Shown here: positions 10,143 to 21,271 of the stretch, piece by piece
Numbering within the stretch: position 1 is the stretch's first letter
Layout: every line of letters begins with the position of its first letter
Source of the DNA: Selaginella moellendorffii
Lineage: Eukaryota; Plantae; Lycopodiophyta
NCBI RefSeq assembly: GCF_000143415.4
Contig: NW_003314295.1
Location: 62,001-126,000, forward strand
Length of the DNA stretch: 64,000 bases
Reading direction: 5' to 3'
Made by a program: the position numbers and the translations under genes
Notes under the pieces: model-generated
The model's input: the letters and a program-made list of their open reading frames with translations, nothing else
Told to the model about the DNA's origin: nothing
Databases searched by the model: none

Positions 10143-11936
10143 TTACGCCATTTGAGCTTGCTGGAGAACTTGAGTTTCAGCGTTGGTATTGTTTTGGTTT
10201 TGCTGGAGCCTGACGAGCGTGACGGGGAGATTGACGACCTCCTGGCCACAAACATCGCACTCGCGGTTGCCTCGAATCCCAAACCACTTGAGAGCGCACT
10301 CCTCGTGAGCCAGCGCCAGCTCCCCTTTGCAGCTACACTCGAGCTTGAGCGTCTTGCCCTCCTCGCCCAGATCGCACAGGCAAATGCGGCACACTGCTTC
10401 CTCCTCGGGGATCTCCTCGTCCTCGCCGTCTAAAAGTTTTGAAACTTTCAGATCATGGAACCATGGTCTCCATGAACTTGATCATAGGAAGCTTACGTAC
10501 CTTGGGTGTCGTTGGCATGGTCAGTGTCTTGGGCTCCATTGTCTGCTTGTGAAGTTTCCCGGGGACGAGGACGAGGAGTGGTCGGCTTGACGAGAAACGT
10601 TCCGGAGTAAAGCCGGGTGAGCTTCTTCTCCTTTTGGTGACCATCGAGCGCCGACTTGGAGCGTTTGATCTGCTTGCCCTGCGAAGACGAGATGACAAAG
10701 TTGACGATGAAAGAAAGAAAGAAAAGTTCTACCTTTGATGACGAGATCAAATTTTCTCTAATGGCATCTGGACTCACTGCCGCGGCCCCTGTCGACGAAG
10801 AAGACGACGGAGACGCGGACGAAGAAGACGATAGCGTGAATCGCAATGGAAGAGACACTGTTCTTGCGGAGCGGGGCGTGAGGAGCCGCATGAGCGAGAA
10901 GTTTGATCGGGGCGTTGCTGCTCCTGGGGTGTTGGAGATGGATGGCGGTGGCGGCGGCTGCGGCGGAAGAGCATTGACGCAGGAGTCAGCGAAGCTATCA
11001 CCTGAGAGAGATAAACAAGCCAACCTTGTGACAAGTAGATATAAAACCACGGGAACGGCCGTAAAGCCTCGTTGGAGAGCGGCAAAATTGAGAAGCGATG
11101 GTGCCAAGTGACCAGCCATTTTGTCAAGGCTGCAAAGACAATGGAGCTGAGAAGCCATAAATGAATCTCGAAAAAACGAACCTGTTACTTATGCTCAGTA
11201 ACGCTGCAACACCCAGCATGAGAAGCGTCCCCTCTTCCCTTTTGCAAACTTTAGAACAGGAAAAGCGAAAAAAAAAGAGAGAAAATCTTTACCATTGAAT
11301 CTGTGGCCACCAGGAAGAATTCCCTCCAGGAATCGCCACCGAAGGGGAGTTCTTCTCACTGAGATCCAACACGACACCATCGCCATCGGTGGAAAACTTT
11401 GGGACCTTGTCACAAGCCTTGGACGAGTTCCAAGGAAGCAAAGGAAGAACCGAGACAATCTTGCCCGGGGGCTCGTCGGATTTCTTCACCTCCACCTCCG
11501 CCGGGTGATCCAGCGCGAGGAAGTAGCCGCCGAGAGTGACCACCACGATTCCCATGAGCCCCTGCGAGCTCGGGAGCTCGTTGATGATCACATAGCTCGT
11601 AAAAACCAGAAGAACTGGAGTGAAAGCTAGATAAGGAACAGTGACCGAGAGAGGGGAGACGTGGAGAGCACGCTGGTACATGAACCCCACCAGAGCCTTG
11701 ATCGCCGCGGTGACGAGGAGCGCGGCGACGTACTCGGTGTCCAGCCGCGTCAAAGAGAAGAGATCGAAGCCGCCGGAGAGGAGCGCCATGGAGGAGAGGA
11801 GCAGCGCGTCCAGGAGAGCCACCAGAGCTACGAGCTCGCGGTCCGAGAAGCGCTGGGACGCCCATTTCCTGCTGGCATCGATGCAGCTGTGGCCGATCGC
11901 GGCGCCCGCGGCGTACGCGAATCCTGCCCAGATCAT
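10143..11936 (-). CDS. Chimeric EamA/DMT transporter (5' part) fused to RING-CH E3 ligase, predicted 520 aa
   Basis: Exons 11936-11293, 11238-11182, 11129-10733, 10678-10501 and 10429-10143 join in frame. EamA motif [19 protein letters not shown]...NELPS, then SNSLDK, then RING-CH-family [18 protein letters not shown] and C4HC3 domain CRIC...[16 protein letters not shown]...W...CDVC. The exon 2 acceptor is uncertain. Confidence 0.65.
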
Positions 11937-11960
11937 TTCTCTGCTCTTCTCCGGAGCGAG

Positions 11961-11990
11961 CGATCGATCGATCGATCGATCGATCGATCG
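11961..11990. repeat. (GATC)n microsatellite in the 5' region of the EamA-RING gene
   Basis: cgatcgatcgatcgatcgatcgatcgatcg. Confidence 0.9.
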
Positions 11991-12273
11991 CTAGGACGAT
12001 CGCTGCATTGTCGGCGAGGGCGCGATTGGTGCCACCAGAATACCTGCTCGGTTGACAATCACAGCATCGCGGCTCCTCTGCCTCCGGGGACGACCTTATG
12101 GAGACCTAATTCGCCCTAATTTCTTTTTTTCTTTCTTTCACAAGGGATGGGTGAGTCTTTTTTCATGAAAAACTCTTCACCTAATAACAAATAATGTAAT
12201 GAACTTGTTCCAAAAACAAAATTACTTCTATTCACTAATGCTTTTCATTTATCATCCATTTTTTGCTGATCGA

Positions 12274-13299
12274 TCAGCATTTAAGAGTTTGGGCACCTCC
12301 AAAACCAATGTGATTTGTGGTGAATGTGAGATTGTCTTGATTTCGAATTTTACGTACTTCGTCCTTCCATACAAGCATTGCCTCCTCCTTTGCTGTCATA
12401 GATGCTTCCTCAATTTCCCGCTCCAACTCCATGGCGAAATCATTCTCCTCATCTACTACTGGGATGGGAAATTCTTCCTCCATTTGCCGCACCAGCTCCA
12501 TGGCAAAATTGTTTTGCTCCTCGCCCAAATCGAATCGGGTGCCCTGGCCCTGTTGGTCGCTGAACTCCCCGCTGAACTCCTCAAGACCCAGTAGTAAATC
12601 TAGATCATCACCATCATCGACATTGAAATCCTTGAGAAAGTTCTTCTCCTCGTCCTCCACAGAAGGACCCTTGTCCTCCAAATCCATTTTACACCACAAT
12701 TTCTCAACCTCCTGGAAGATCTCCTCGTCTTGCACGTATCCCTCGAGGTCACAGGCGTTGACTGGCAACGACTGATCCCGGACCATGAGTTGACTAGGGC
12801 ATTGACCTGTAGTGCTTGGTGATGGCCTCGCCGTTCTCCTCGAAGCTCCGCGACTTGCCCTGTGCGGGGATGCACAACCGCGACTCCCACTGGTTGCGGC
12901 CGATGGAATCATTGACGAAGGCAACATCTTGCGAGGAAGACACTGCCCCCTTGACTTGTTCTGCTGCTGCTCCTTCTTGGGTCTCTTCCTTGGACGACCG
13001 CCATCTTCTTTCTTGGCTCGTTTCGCTCGTATTGTGCCACCCAGGGTGAAGTGCCGTTTGCACACCGTGCACTTGTAGCGCGGCTGGATCAGCATGTGGT
13101 TTTCGAAATAGTCAAACTTGGTGACTGCCGAGCTATCGCAGCCGTGTGGGCAGAGCGGGTGCTGCTGTCGCAAGAAGGCCATGAGCTCCCCCACGCTCCC
13201 AAACGTAACAAAAGCCTGCTGTGATGTCTGTGAACCAAAAACTGGGTAGTTTTGGAGATGGTGGATGTCCTTGACTAGCACGTTTCTCATTTCTCTCAT
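12274..13299 (-). CDS. Intronless divergent Dof-like zinc-finger protein with acidic C-terminus, 341 aa
   Basis: CPHGCDSSAVTKFDYFENHMLIQPRYKCTVCKRHFTLGGTIR matches the Dof pattern CPRCxSxxTKFCYYNNYxxxQPRxFCxxCRRYWTxGGxLR. NLS-like PRKRPKK. Duplicated acidic E..N.FAMEL.R..EE motif. Confidence 0.75.
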   Translation of the reverse strand: MREMRNVLVKDIHHLQNYPVFGSQTSQQAFVTFGSVGELMAFLRQQHPLCPHGCDSSAVTKFDYFENHMLIQPRYKCTVCKRHFTLGGTIRAKRAKKEDGGRPRKRPKKEQQQNKSRGQCLPRKMLPSSMIPSAATSGSRGCASPHRASRGASRRTARPSPSTTGQCPSQLMVRDQSLPVNACDLEGYVQDEEIFQEVEKLWCKMDLEDKGPSVEDEEKNFLKDFNVDDGDDLDLLLGLEEFSGEFSDQQGQGTRFDLGEEQNNFAMELVRQMEEEFPIPVVDEENDFAMELEREIEEASMTAKEEAMLVWKDEVRKIRNQDNLTFTTNHIGFGGAQTLKC

Positions 13300-13344
13300 T
13301 CTTACTGACTACCAAATAATCTAGGTATGCTGTTAAGGGCGATG

Positions 13345-13417
13345 AAAATATACTTTACATTCAAACAAATATTCTGATACAGTATCAGAATATTTGTTGG
13401 AATGTAAAGTATATTTT
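13345..13417. repeat. 73-bp near-perfect palindrome (36-bp arms, 1-nt centre, 1 mismatch) flanked by ATG direct repeats
   Basis: aaaatatactttacattcaaacaaatattctgatac-a-gtatcagaatatttgttggaatgtaaagtatatttt. Confidence 0.9.
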
Positions 13418-13799
13418 ATGAGTAAAATCTGCGCAAGACCTCATGGCAATGCACAATCCATGAGGCATCCTGTTTTAACTTAAACTTCTGTGAAAAGCTT
13501 TTTAAGGCTTTAGTATGGAAGAGACTTTAGACCACTTAATCCCACAACAAGATTATCGTCTGGATCAGATTTCCTGCTGAACCATACAGAGTTTACAACA
13601 AGGGCAAAATCTATTTTGTTTTTGTCGCGGGCTAGCACAAACTCGTGCTGGGCGGAGCAGCAGGAGCAAGCTGGTTGTGGCGAAATTAAGCTTAAACCAA
13701 AAGAGGTGGATTCCTGAGAGATGAGGAGAGGTGAAACTTTCAGTGACTGGTACTTTTTTCTTGTGAGTAGCAAGAGGCGACCTTTTCGTCTGGTTTAAA

Positions 13800-16700
13800 C
13801 CAAAACTAATCTATTGTTTATTCAAACCTTTATGGAGGTAAGACTCTTTAATATTTTAGAAACTTTTCACCCTGATAACTTTAGTTTTGGACTCAACTTT
13901 GACTAACCTCAAAGCTATGTTTTCATTGCCTTCAGTTTAGCCTAAAAAAAAGTTCATAAGAGAGAATGATAATGACTATTTGAACCAATATATTAATTTT
14001 TATAGTCTCCAGCAAAAATCATGCCTAAGAAAGATCCACTAGTGCCATGCTAAATAGTTAGATATTTTCTATTTATAGTAATCTTAGAGGAGGTTTATTT
14101 TATTGGCAGTAATATAGTAATAACTTATGGTAACCACCAATATGCTAATATCAACTCAATGTGTAATTTTAAATTGCTAATATGACTCACTCAAGACCTC
14201 AAGTATAAACTTGTATAAATAGTACATATCAAATTCCATCTAATGAGCCCAAGTGAAAGCCATATAATATGGTACAAGATGATATGAATTGATATAACAT
14301 AACACATATCTAAGAACATTTGTGAAGCTATAGCAACCAAATGTGTATCCATTTAGATAATTATTTTCATCTCCACAAATGTAATGATATTAGTTGCCAA
14401 ATCTTGTTAATAGTACTTGTTGAGACTGATATTTTCATACCAAATATAGCACACATGATTTTGACTTTATAATGAATTATTAGGATAACTATAAAGTGAA
14501 ACATAACCCTTTGGACATAACAACTTTAACATATGTGGTTTTGACTATACCATATAATGAGTTACAACAATGAAACAGAAATTAACCCTTAGACACATGT
14601 ACAAGGGTAATGTAAAATTTAAATTTCAAAGCCTTAAACCACTAAATGAAGGGACAGAATCAAATTCCTTAGTGTATGATGAAGGTTAAAAGTATAAAGA
14701 AATACATAAAATAATTTTAGTGTAAAATATAAATCCCTAAGTCCCAAATGGATTTAAAGGCATAATACATGAAATAAAAAGCACTCAAAGAAAAAGCATG
14801 AAGCAATCAATAAATAAATCTCAAAAAGGATATAAAAATGATTGAGTATTGTAATATATAACAAGTGTCATGAGATATATGAAAGTGTTGAAACCAAACC
14901 CCTAAAGCCCAAAAATTTGAAATGGAACAATGTTAAAGCATCTTAGACCACTAAGAAACCAAGTGTTAAACATATCTAAAGCCAAATATATCTAGGGCTA
15001 TATATATACATAAAGGGTTTAGTAAATCCTTATAAAATAGGACTCTAAAGGGATTAATGTGACAAAAACAAGTTATACCCATGTAATGATAATATAAACA
15101 TTGGGAATCTAAAGCTAGAGTAAATATAAATATTAAGTGGGATAACTTGGTGAAATGTTTAAAGACCAACTCTAGCTCATTTAAAAGATTAAATAATCAA
15201 TACTCCTAATCTAAATGTGCATGGCATTACTTATTTGATACTTTATATGGCTCATTAGAGCTTTTCTAGCTATATAGCTAAGGTACCCTACTCATTAAAT
15301 GTGGTAGGAGAAGTTGCAAAATACCACTTTAAAGTCCTTGACTATTGAAAGGAAAAAAATGGTCATTTTAGTTAGTAATTAAGGGTATAGTTATGGTCAA
15401 TAGGATTTAGTGGATAGCTATTTAGGCCTTGACATAGTGGCAATATTAGCAAGTACTACTATACTTAGTAAAGAAAATTCCTTTATACTTTAAAGGATCC
15501 TAAGGACTAATGGTCGAGAAGTATTGGAGGATAATATTCCCCTATACTTTGAAGGATTCATGATATGGCCATTCATGAAATGGATGGTCAAGGGACAGGT
15601 TTGCGATAATAGTGGTTTTGTATTGGTAATGAGCTAATAATAATGAACTTTACTTTGAGTATATTAGTGGTATTTTTGGGTGTCTAAAATGGGATTTAAA
15701 TATAAAGAGCACTTAGACAAAATACAAAGTCACTATGGCTTCAAAACCATTTTTGGGGTGATAGCAAATGCCCTAAGTAAAGATTTAGTGAGTGATAGTT
15801 AAAGATATGGTTAAATGACTAAAAAAGAATGAAAAATTTAGTCATTTACATTTAAAGTATTTAAAATATTAACACAAAAACTAATATAAAATATATATAT
15901 TATTTAGCATACTAGTGGCCTAACACTAGAATATGAGTACACCAATTAATATAGTATGAAGATTATATTGTAATTATGAACAAAAGAGAGAGAAAAAGAG
16001 AAAATCTTCATTATATAATTTCACACTCAAGAGAGTCTTTAGTGTGAGTGGAGTCATATTGAGGCTAATGCAAGATTGGTGCAAGTTTCCAATCAAAGTT
16101 CCCTCTTGTTTCAAGGTTTTTAGATCTCAAATGTCTTCTTTCCAATAAGTGTAAACACTTATGATTTAGTGCAAAAATGACCAAGATTTTTTCATTTTTC
16201 TCTCAATGATTGTTTCTCTAAGCTGGAGTTCTCAGAGTTGAGCTGCTTAGAGTCATAACATGCAAGTAACATGTGCATCACAATCCAATATGGATTCTTT
16301 GACAACTGATTCTTTGAGCATATGCTAGTTTGTTCCTTATTATGTGTGTTTTGCCCCCAACTTTTGTTTGATGTATGTTATTGCCATTTTCATGTCTATC
16401 TGAGTCTCATGAAAACTATTTTTCTCATAATAGCGCAAATTGCCAAGCTATCAAAAGCTTTCATCAAATCTGTTATGTTGAGCTTATAGAACTCACCCTC
16501 TTTTGTGTGAGTCTCAATATGCCATAATTTGATTGCATATTCCATGAGCTAGTTTGTTCTCTTAAAACTTGTATTTCCTGAGCATGAGTGAGTTCTCTTA
16601 GCCCAATTCATTTCTTTTGACTATCTTTATTGCATCATCTCTGCATAAACATCTCCTTGGCCATCATTTGAGCCACATCTTAGGTAAATCAAGACGTGCT

Positions 16701-19700
16701 CTTTGCAAATTAAGCCTTCATCCTCTCTTTGGGGATCTTTCTCACTCCTTTCATGCTAAATGTGGTTTCAATAGCTAGGAACTATTTAGTTTTATTGCTA
16801 GTTGATCTTTGTGATCAGTCAAACACTGAGGGATACACTTGGTGAGCACTAGTTTCATCACCAATCTCAATAGATACCATAGTACCCTGATATTTGAGAT
16901 GGCAAATCCAATTTATATTTTGCAAAGAGGTGTTGATCTTCCTTTCTTCACACCCAAGGCTTCTTCAGCATAGAATCACATCACAGAGTTCAAGGTATTT
17001 TGCAACTCAAACAATCATGCCAGAGGCCCACAAGTGGGATCATCTTCTTCGCTCAATGCAAGGCCAAACTTGGCTTTGAGAGAGTCTCTCTTGGACACAA
17101 AGAAGGAAAGATATGCAAAGGTTAAATAGCTTTCTCAAGACTCTTGGACAGAAAAAGGATCTCCAATAACTTTATACTGAGTTCTTCTCCTTCCAGCAAA
17201 TGCCACATGAGTCTATGATGGAGTATATTTGGCAGCATTGGAAGCTCTGCCTCATATAAATCTCCAACCTCACAAAGCAGACCATTTTATCCAGGGACTA
17301 AAGTTGCTTTCAAAAGAAAGCACACTGAATGCCTTATTGCATTTGCCTATGTAGAGGATGTTGAGAAGGAGTTCTACCTCACTCTCAGTGTCTCTCAAGT
17401 TGCCCAAGCACCACCCAATCATCTCATGGAGCACACAGTCACAACAGCAATTTGCCAACCAACCCCAAAACCTGTTGAGGACAAAATGCCACTCATACTT
17501 GAATCTGCAATCACACAATGACCTGCTGAAGTACCAGATCTTAAAACAGCAGCAGAAACAGACTGCCATCTTGGAGGAGCTTAAGGCAATGTGGCTCCAA
17601 CAACATCAAGTTAATGGTGCACATGTTGCAAGGCAAATATGCATTTGATTGAATGATGCTACTGCTTTCAACCCAAGCTTCAATCTCCTAGGACTCAACG
17701 TGTCCAAGATCATTCTTTTGCTGACAACTCCACACTTTGGCTATCTCAAGATGGGTACCATTAGCAGTTCCAACAGCTCGCAATCAAGGCACCTCCATCC
17801 ACGACCAAAGGCATAGAACCAATGCAACACATCAACACTATCAATAAGGAAGCACTCACACTTATAACTCAAGCTTAGAGGAAGTGCCAACCAACAGCCC
17901 CAGACATCAATGGAGAGCACAACTCAATTGCTCCAGAAGGTCCAAGCCCAATCATGGCATGCCTTCAAATTGGGATTTGCTGGATCACATTTAGTTGAAG
18001 CTGATTCTTCTAAAAAATTCATGTGATCTTCTCCAGGTTTGACTCCATCGCCATTGTGTCCTCTCCCAGATGACATTATGCAACAGCTCCTATTCAGCTC
18101 AGTGCAACTTTCTCTTGCCAACTTTTGAGATTGATCCCAGGCTTCAGACGGCAGTTGGAGACTATTGCTCCATCCTTTGATTCATGCTGGCCAGGAGATA
18201 CATATCATGGATACCATAGCATCCCCAGGAGCTTTTGTGGCATCTATCACTTTGTGAGATGTTGTCACAGTTGAGGCACTTTGGACTCTAGATCTGGGAA
18301 CAACAAGATCTCTTTGGCATTGGCAAAGTCTATTGGGCTCCAGATCCAGGACAACACATCTATCATCCTCAAGACTTTTGCATATCATACAGTGATCCCG
18401 ACCACCAAGTGTCAATCATGGTTCAAAGGTTCAAGGGATCTCATCTAACGTGGATGTCAAGCCTTTCCTCAAGGACTTGTGACTCTAGGACACCTTCAAG
18501 CAAATGCTTAGATGTGGGATGATGCGAATCAGCGACAACATCAACAATGCAAAGCTCTACAATGTCCATGGCCGTCGTTTGATGGAGGGGAAGGTTCTTG
18601 CTCCAAGATCAGAGGTTCTTAATCCAACATCCACAGTTCCTCCTCCTACTCCACCACCAGTACCTGCTCCTCCAGTTATTGTTTCAACTCCAGCTCAGCC
18701 TCGCGCTGTTTTTCCAGTGGAGTTATAGCCGTCATCCTCCCTGAGCTCCCATCACTTGAGGAAATGGAGGTATTCAGCATCCATGCTTTTATATATCCAG
18801 CATTGCTTCGGAGGCATCCACCAACATTTGCTCCAGTTCTATACTGCTCACAGTCAACGCAAGATTCAACCAAGATTCTCGAGATTTACAAAAATGCCCG
18901 AGGTGACAGAACTCGACTGGATGGCTTTACCATGGCTCTTCCTTTAGTCAGAGAAGCAGCCAAGCAGCTGTTCATCACTTATCACCAATGTCAACAACAC
19001 TCTGAGCAGGTGGCAACTTATGCCAACTTCCTTTGAGGGCCAGGATTCATGGGAGTTCACAGCCCTCTCAACAGCTGCAGATGAGGAGCTTGGTACCATA
19101 GATGGCGCGACAAAATCGAGTTATGACATGCCAGATGCAAGTGACAACACAATCGACGATCCAGAAGCTGTGACTGCGACTTTCAGTGATTAAGAGGCTT
19201 TGGATACCACAGAGACATCAGCCTCAACACTTGTGGCACACACTTCTCCAGCTGAACAGCTTGAACAAGACATCTGCCTTACAGTGGCATTTGTCGCAGC
19301 CGTGGAGATTCCAACTTTCCAGAATCCTTTATCTGAACTTTATATCCATCATCAAATTTGTACTAACTTTGCCTTTCCAGGATACACATTGCATGGTGGC
19401 AATACAACTCTAGCATCTTCGCACGACTTCAGCCACACTTGGGAGTCTTTGCACGGCTGTTTTGACACTCAGGGGAGCATTCTTCAGACCCGGCCAGCTC
19501 TTCATCACCCTGGAATCAGTCGTCAACCACCTCGACTTGGCATCACCCGGCCTCATCACTCCAGGCTTCTTCCACTTTCAGCTCCAGTTTTCAGCACACA
19601 CCTCTTCAACATGGAGCCTCCAGGAACACCATTCCGGCCACAAACGTCAAGCATGATCACAGCTGCAGAGCACATTCGAGTTCACGCCATCTTTCCCAGG

Positions 19701-20230
19701 CATCGACACTTTGTTTGTCCACCAGATCATCTACAGGACGTCTTTCCCTGCCCTTAAAGTCATCAACTGGGACAACTACTCCTCACAAGACTCAGCAATA
19801 TCCAGCGAGATCCAGCTCTGCAGTTTCCCGAGGCGAATGCCCACCAACATCAACCAGGCCCGGAAACTTCTGCAGATCCATCCCCGGCCTACTCCAGGAC
19901 GCACTTCGACCTCCTGGACTCATCACATCAGGCTCAAGCAGCTACCTTCACCACCATCTTTGAGTGGCGAGGTCTTTCTCTCTTCTCTTTTCAGTTTTCT
20001 TTTGGTTTTTCTTTCTTCTCTTGATTTCACTCTTTTTCTCTTCCATTCCAGGACATACTTCCTCATGACAACAAGTTCCAGCTTGGGCTTTAGTCACGAG
20101 GTGGCGTCAACTCTGATCGTATGGGAGCTCATTCATTCCTCACTTCACTTCATTCCATTCACATCCTTCTCCATTCATATCACATCAGACTCACACAAAT
20201 CACCCAAGAAGTTCTCAGTGGATGTTTAAG
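13800..20230 (+). mobile_element. Decayed transposon block including Ty3/gypsy-like gag and aspartic-protease relics
   Basis: AT-rich and CpG-poor at 13.8-16.9 kb. Gag-like EFFSFQQMPHESMMEYI...FIQGLK at ~17180-17303. Protease-like TLDLGTTR at ~18285-18308. Many stops and frameshifts. LTR boundaries not resolved. Confidence 0.55.
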
Positions 20231-20237
20231 TACACCT

Positions 20238-21135
20238 TTAGCTCGAAAGCAACTCGCCATAGCTCGCAAGATCGCCAATCTGGACGGAAGAGCAAAAGCA
20301 CAAGGAGCAGGAATCGTTACGTACAGACCGTCTTGGCTGTGTTGCCGGCATCAGTTCTACCAGAGTCGGGCATCTTCCTCTTCTTCCCTCCACATACACA
20401 GCCAGCGTTTTCGAAAATTTGGAGCTGGATAGGCGAGAAAAAAAGGAGTTAGATTCATGAAATGCAAAGTCACAAACCTGTAGCATGAAGTTGTCATTCG
20501 GAGAGACTTGGGGGCTACATTCCCGGAGAGATGCTAATGCCTCTGCCATAATAAAAGAGAGAACATAATAAATAGATATCTCTGGTCACAAGCATACCAT
20601 CTCGTAGCAAATTCTCCTTTCGCATCAAGTATGCTGTGATCACCGCTGCACTGCAATGAAAAACACTATAAGCATCAAGAGCACAAGAAAAAGAAGAACA
20701 GAGTTTGGATCCAAACCTCCGAGAGATTCCAGCGCCACAATGCACCAGGACGATCCCATCCTCCCTCCCCTTCTCAACAAAATCCAGGCACTCTCCCAAG
20801 CAAGCGAGCAAGTCCTCCTCCATAGTGTCCTCCAAAAGAAAAACCTTTCTCACTGGCTTTGCCACCGCCGCGTCCTTGCATTTCGCCAGGAGCTCCCGAG
20901 CGACGTCCCGGAAGGCCTCGTCGTCGGGCTTGGGCTTGGAGGAATCGAGAAGTGCCTGCTGGAGCTTGCTCAACTTCGGATGATCGCGATTTCTCCGTCT
21001 CTCCTTCTTGAGAAGGCGAATGTCACGCACCTTTTCGAGCGACAAGATGTGCGTCACTCCGCGCTTCTCTCCACACAAGAACATCTCCGCGTCCTCGGCG
21101 CTGCCGATGTAGAGGCCATCGCGCACCTTCTTCAT
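20238..21135 (-). CDS. Dual-specificity phosphatase, DUSP12/YVH1-like, lacking the C-terminal Zn-binding domain
   Basis: MKKVRDGLYIG, VTHILSL, VLVHCGAGISRSAAVITAYLM, EALASLRECSPQVSPNDNFMLQLQIFE. The last exon is IGDLASYGELLSS*. Confidence 0.8.
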
Positions 21136-21271
21136 TCATCCGCTAGAACCCTAGAAATCAAATAAGGAGGGTTCTTATATGAAAAGGGGGGAGAAGCTAG
21201 TGGCCGTCCGATCTTAAAACCCCCACGAACAAAATCCTCGAGCCCTAACCCTAGCCCTAGCAGCGGCCGCC
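21136..21271. promoter_or_regulatory. 136-bp bidirectional promoter with telo-box-like motifs
   Basis: Lies between divergent ATGs. aaccctag at ~21147, ccctaaccctagccctag at ~21243-21260, and TATA-like ttatat at ~21175. Confidence 0.6.
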
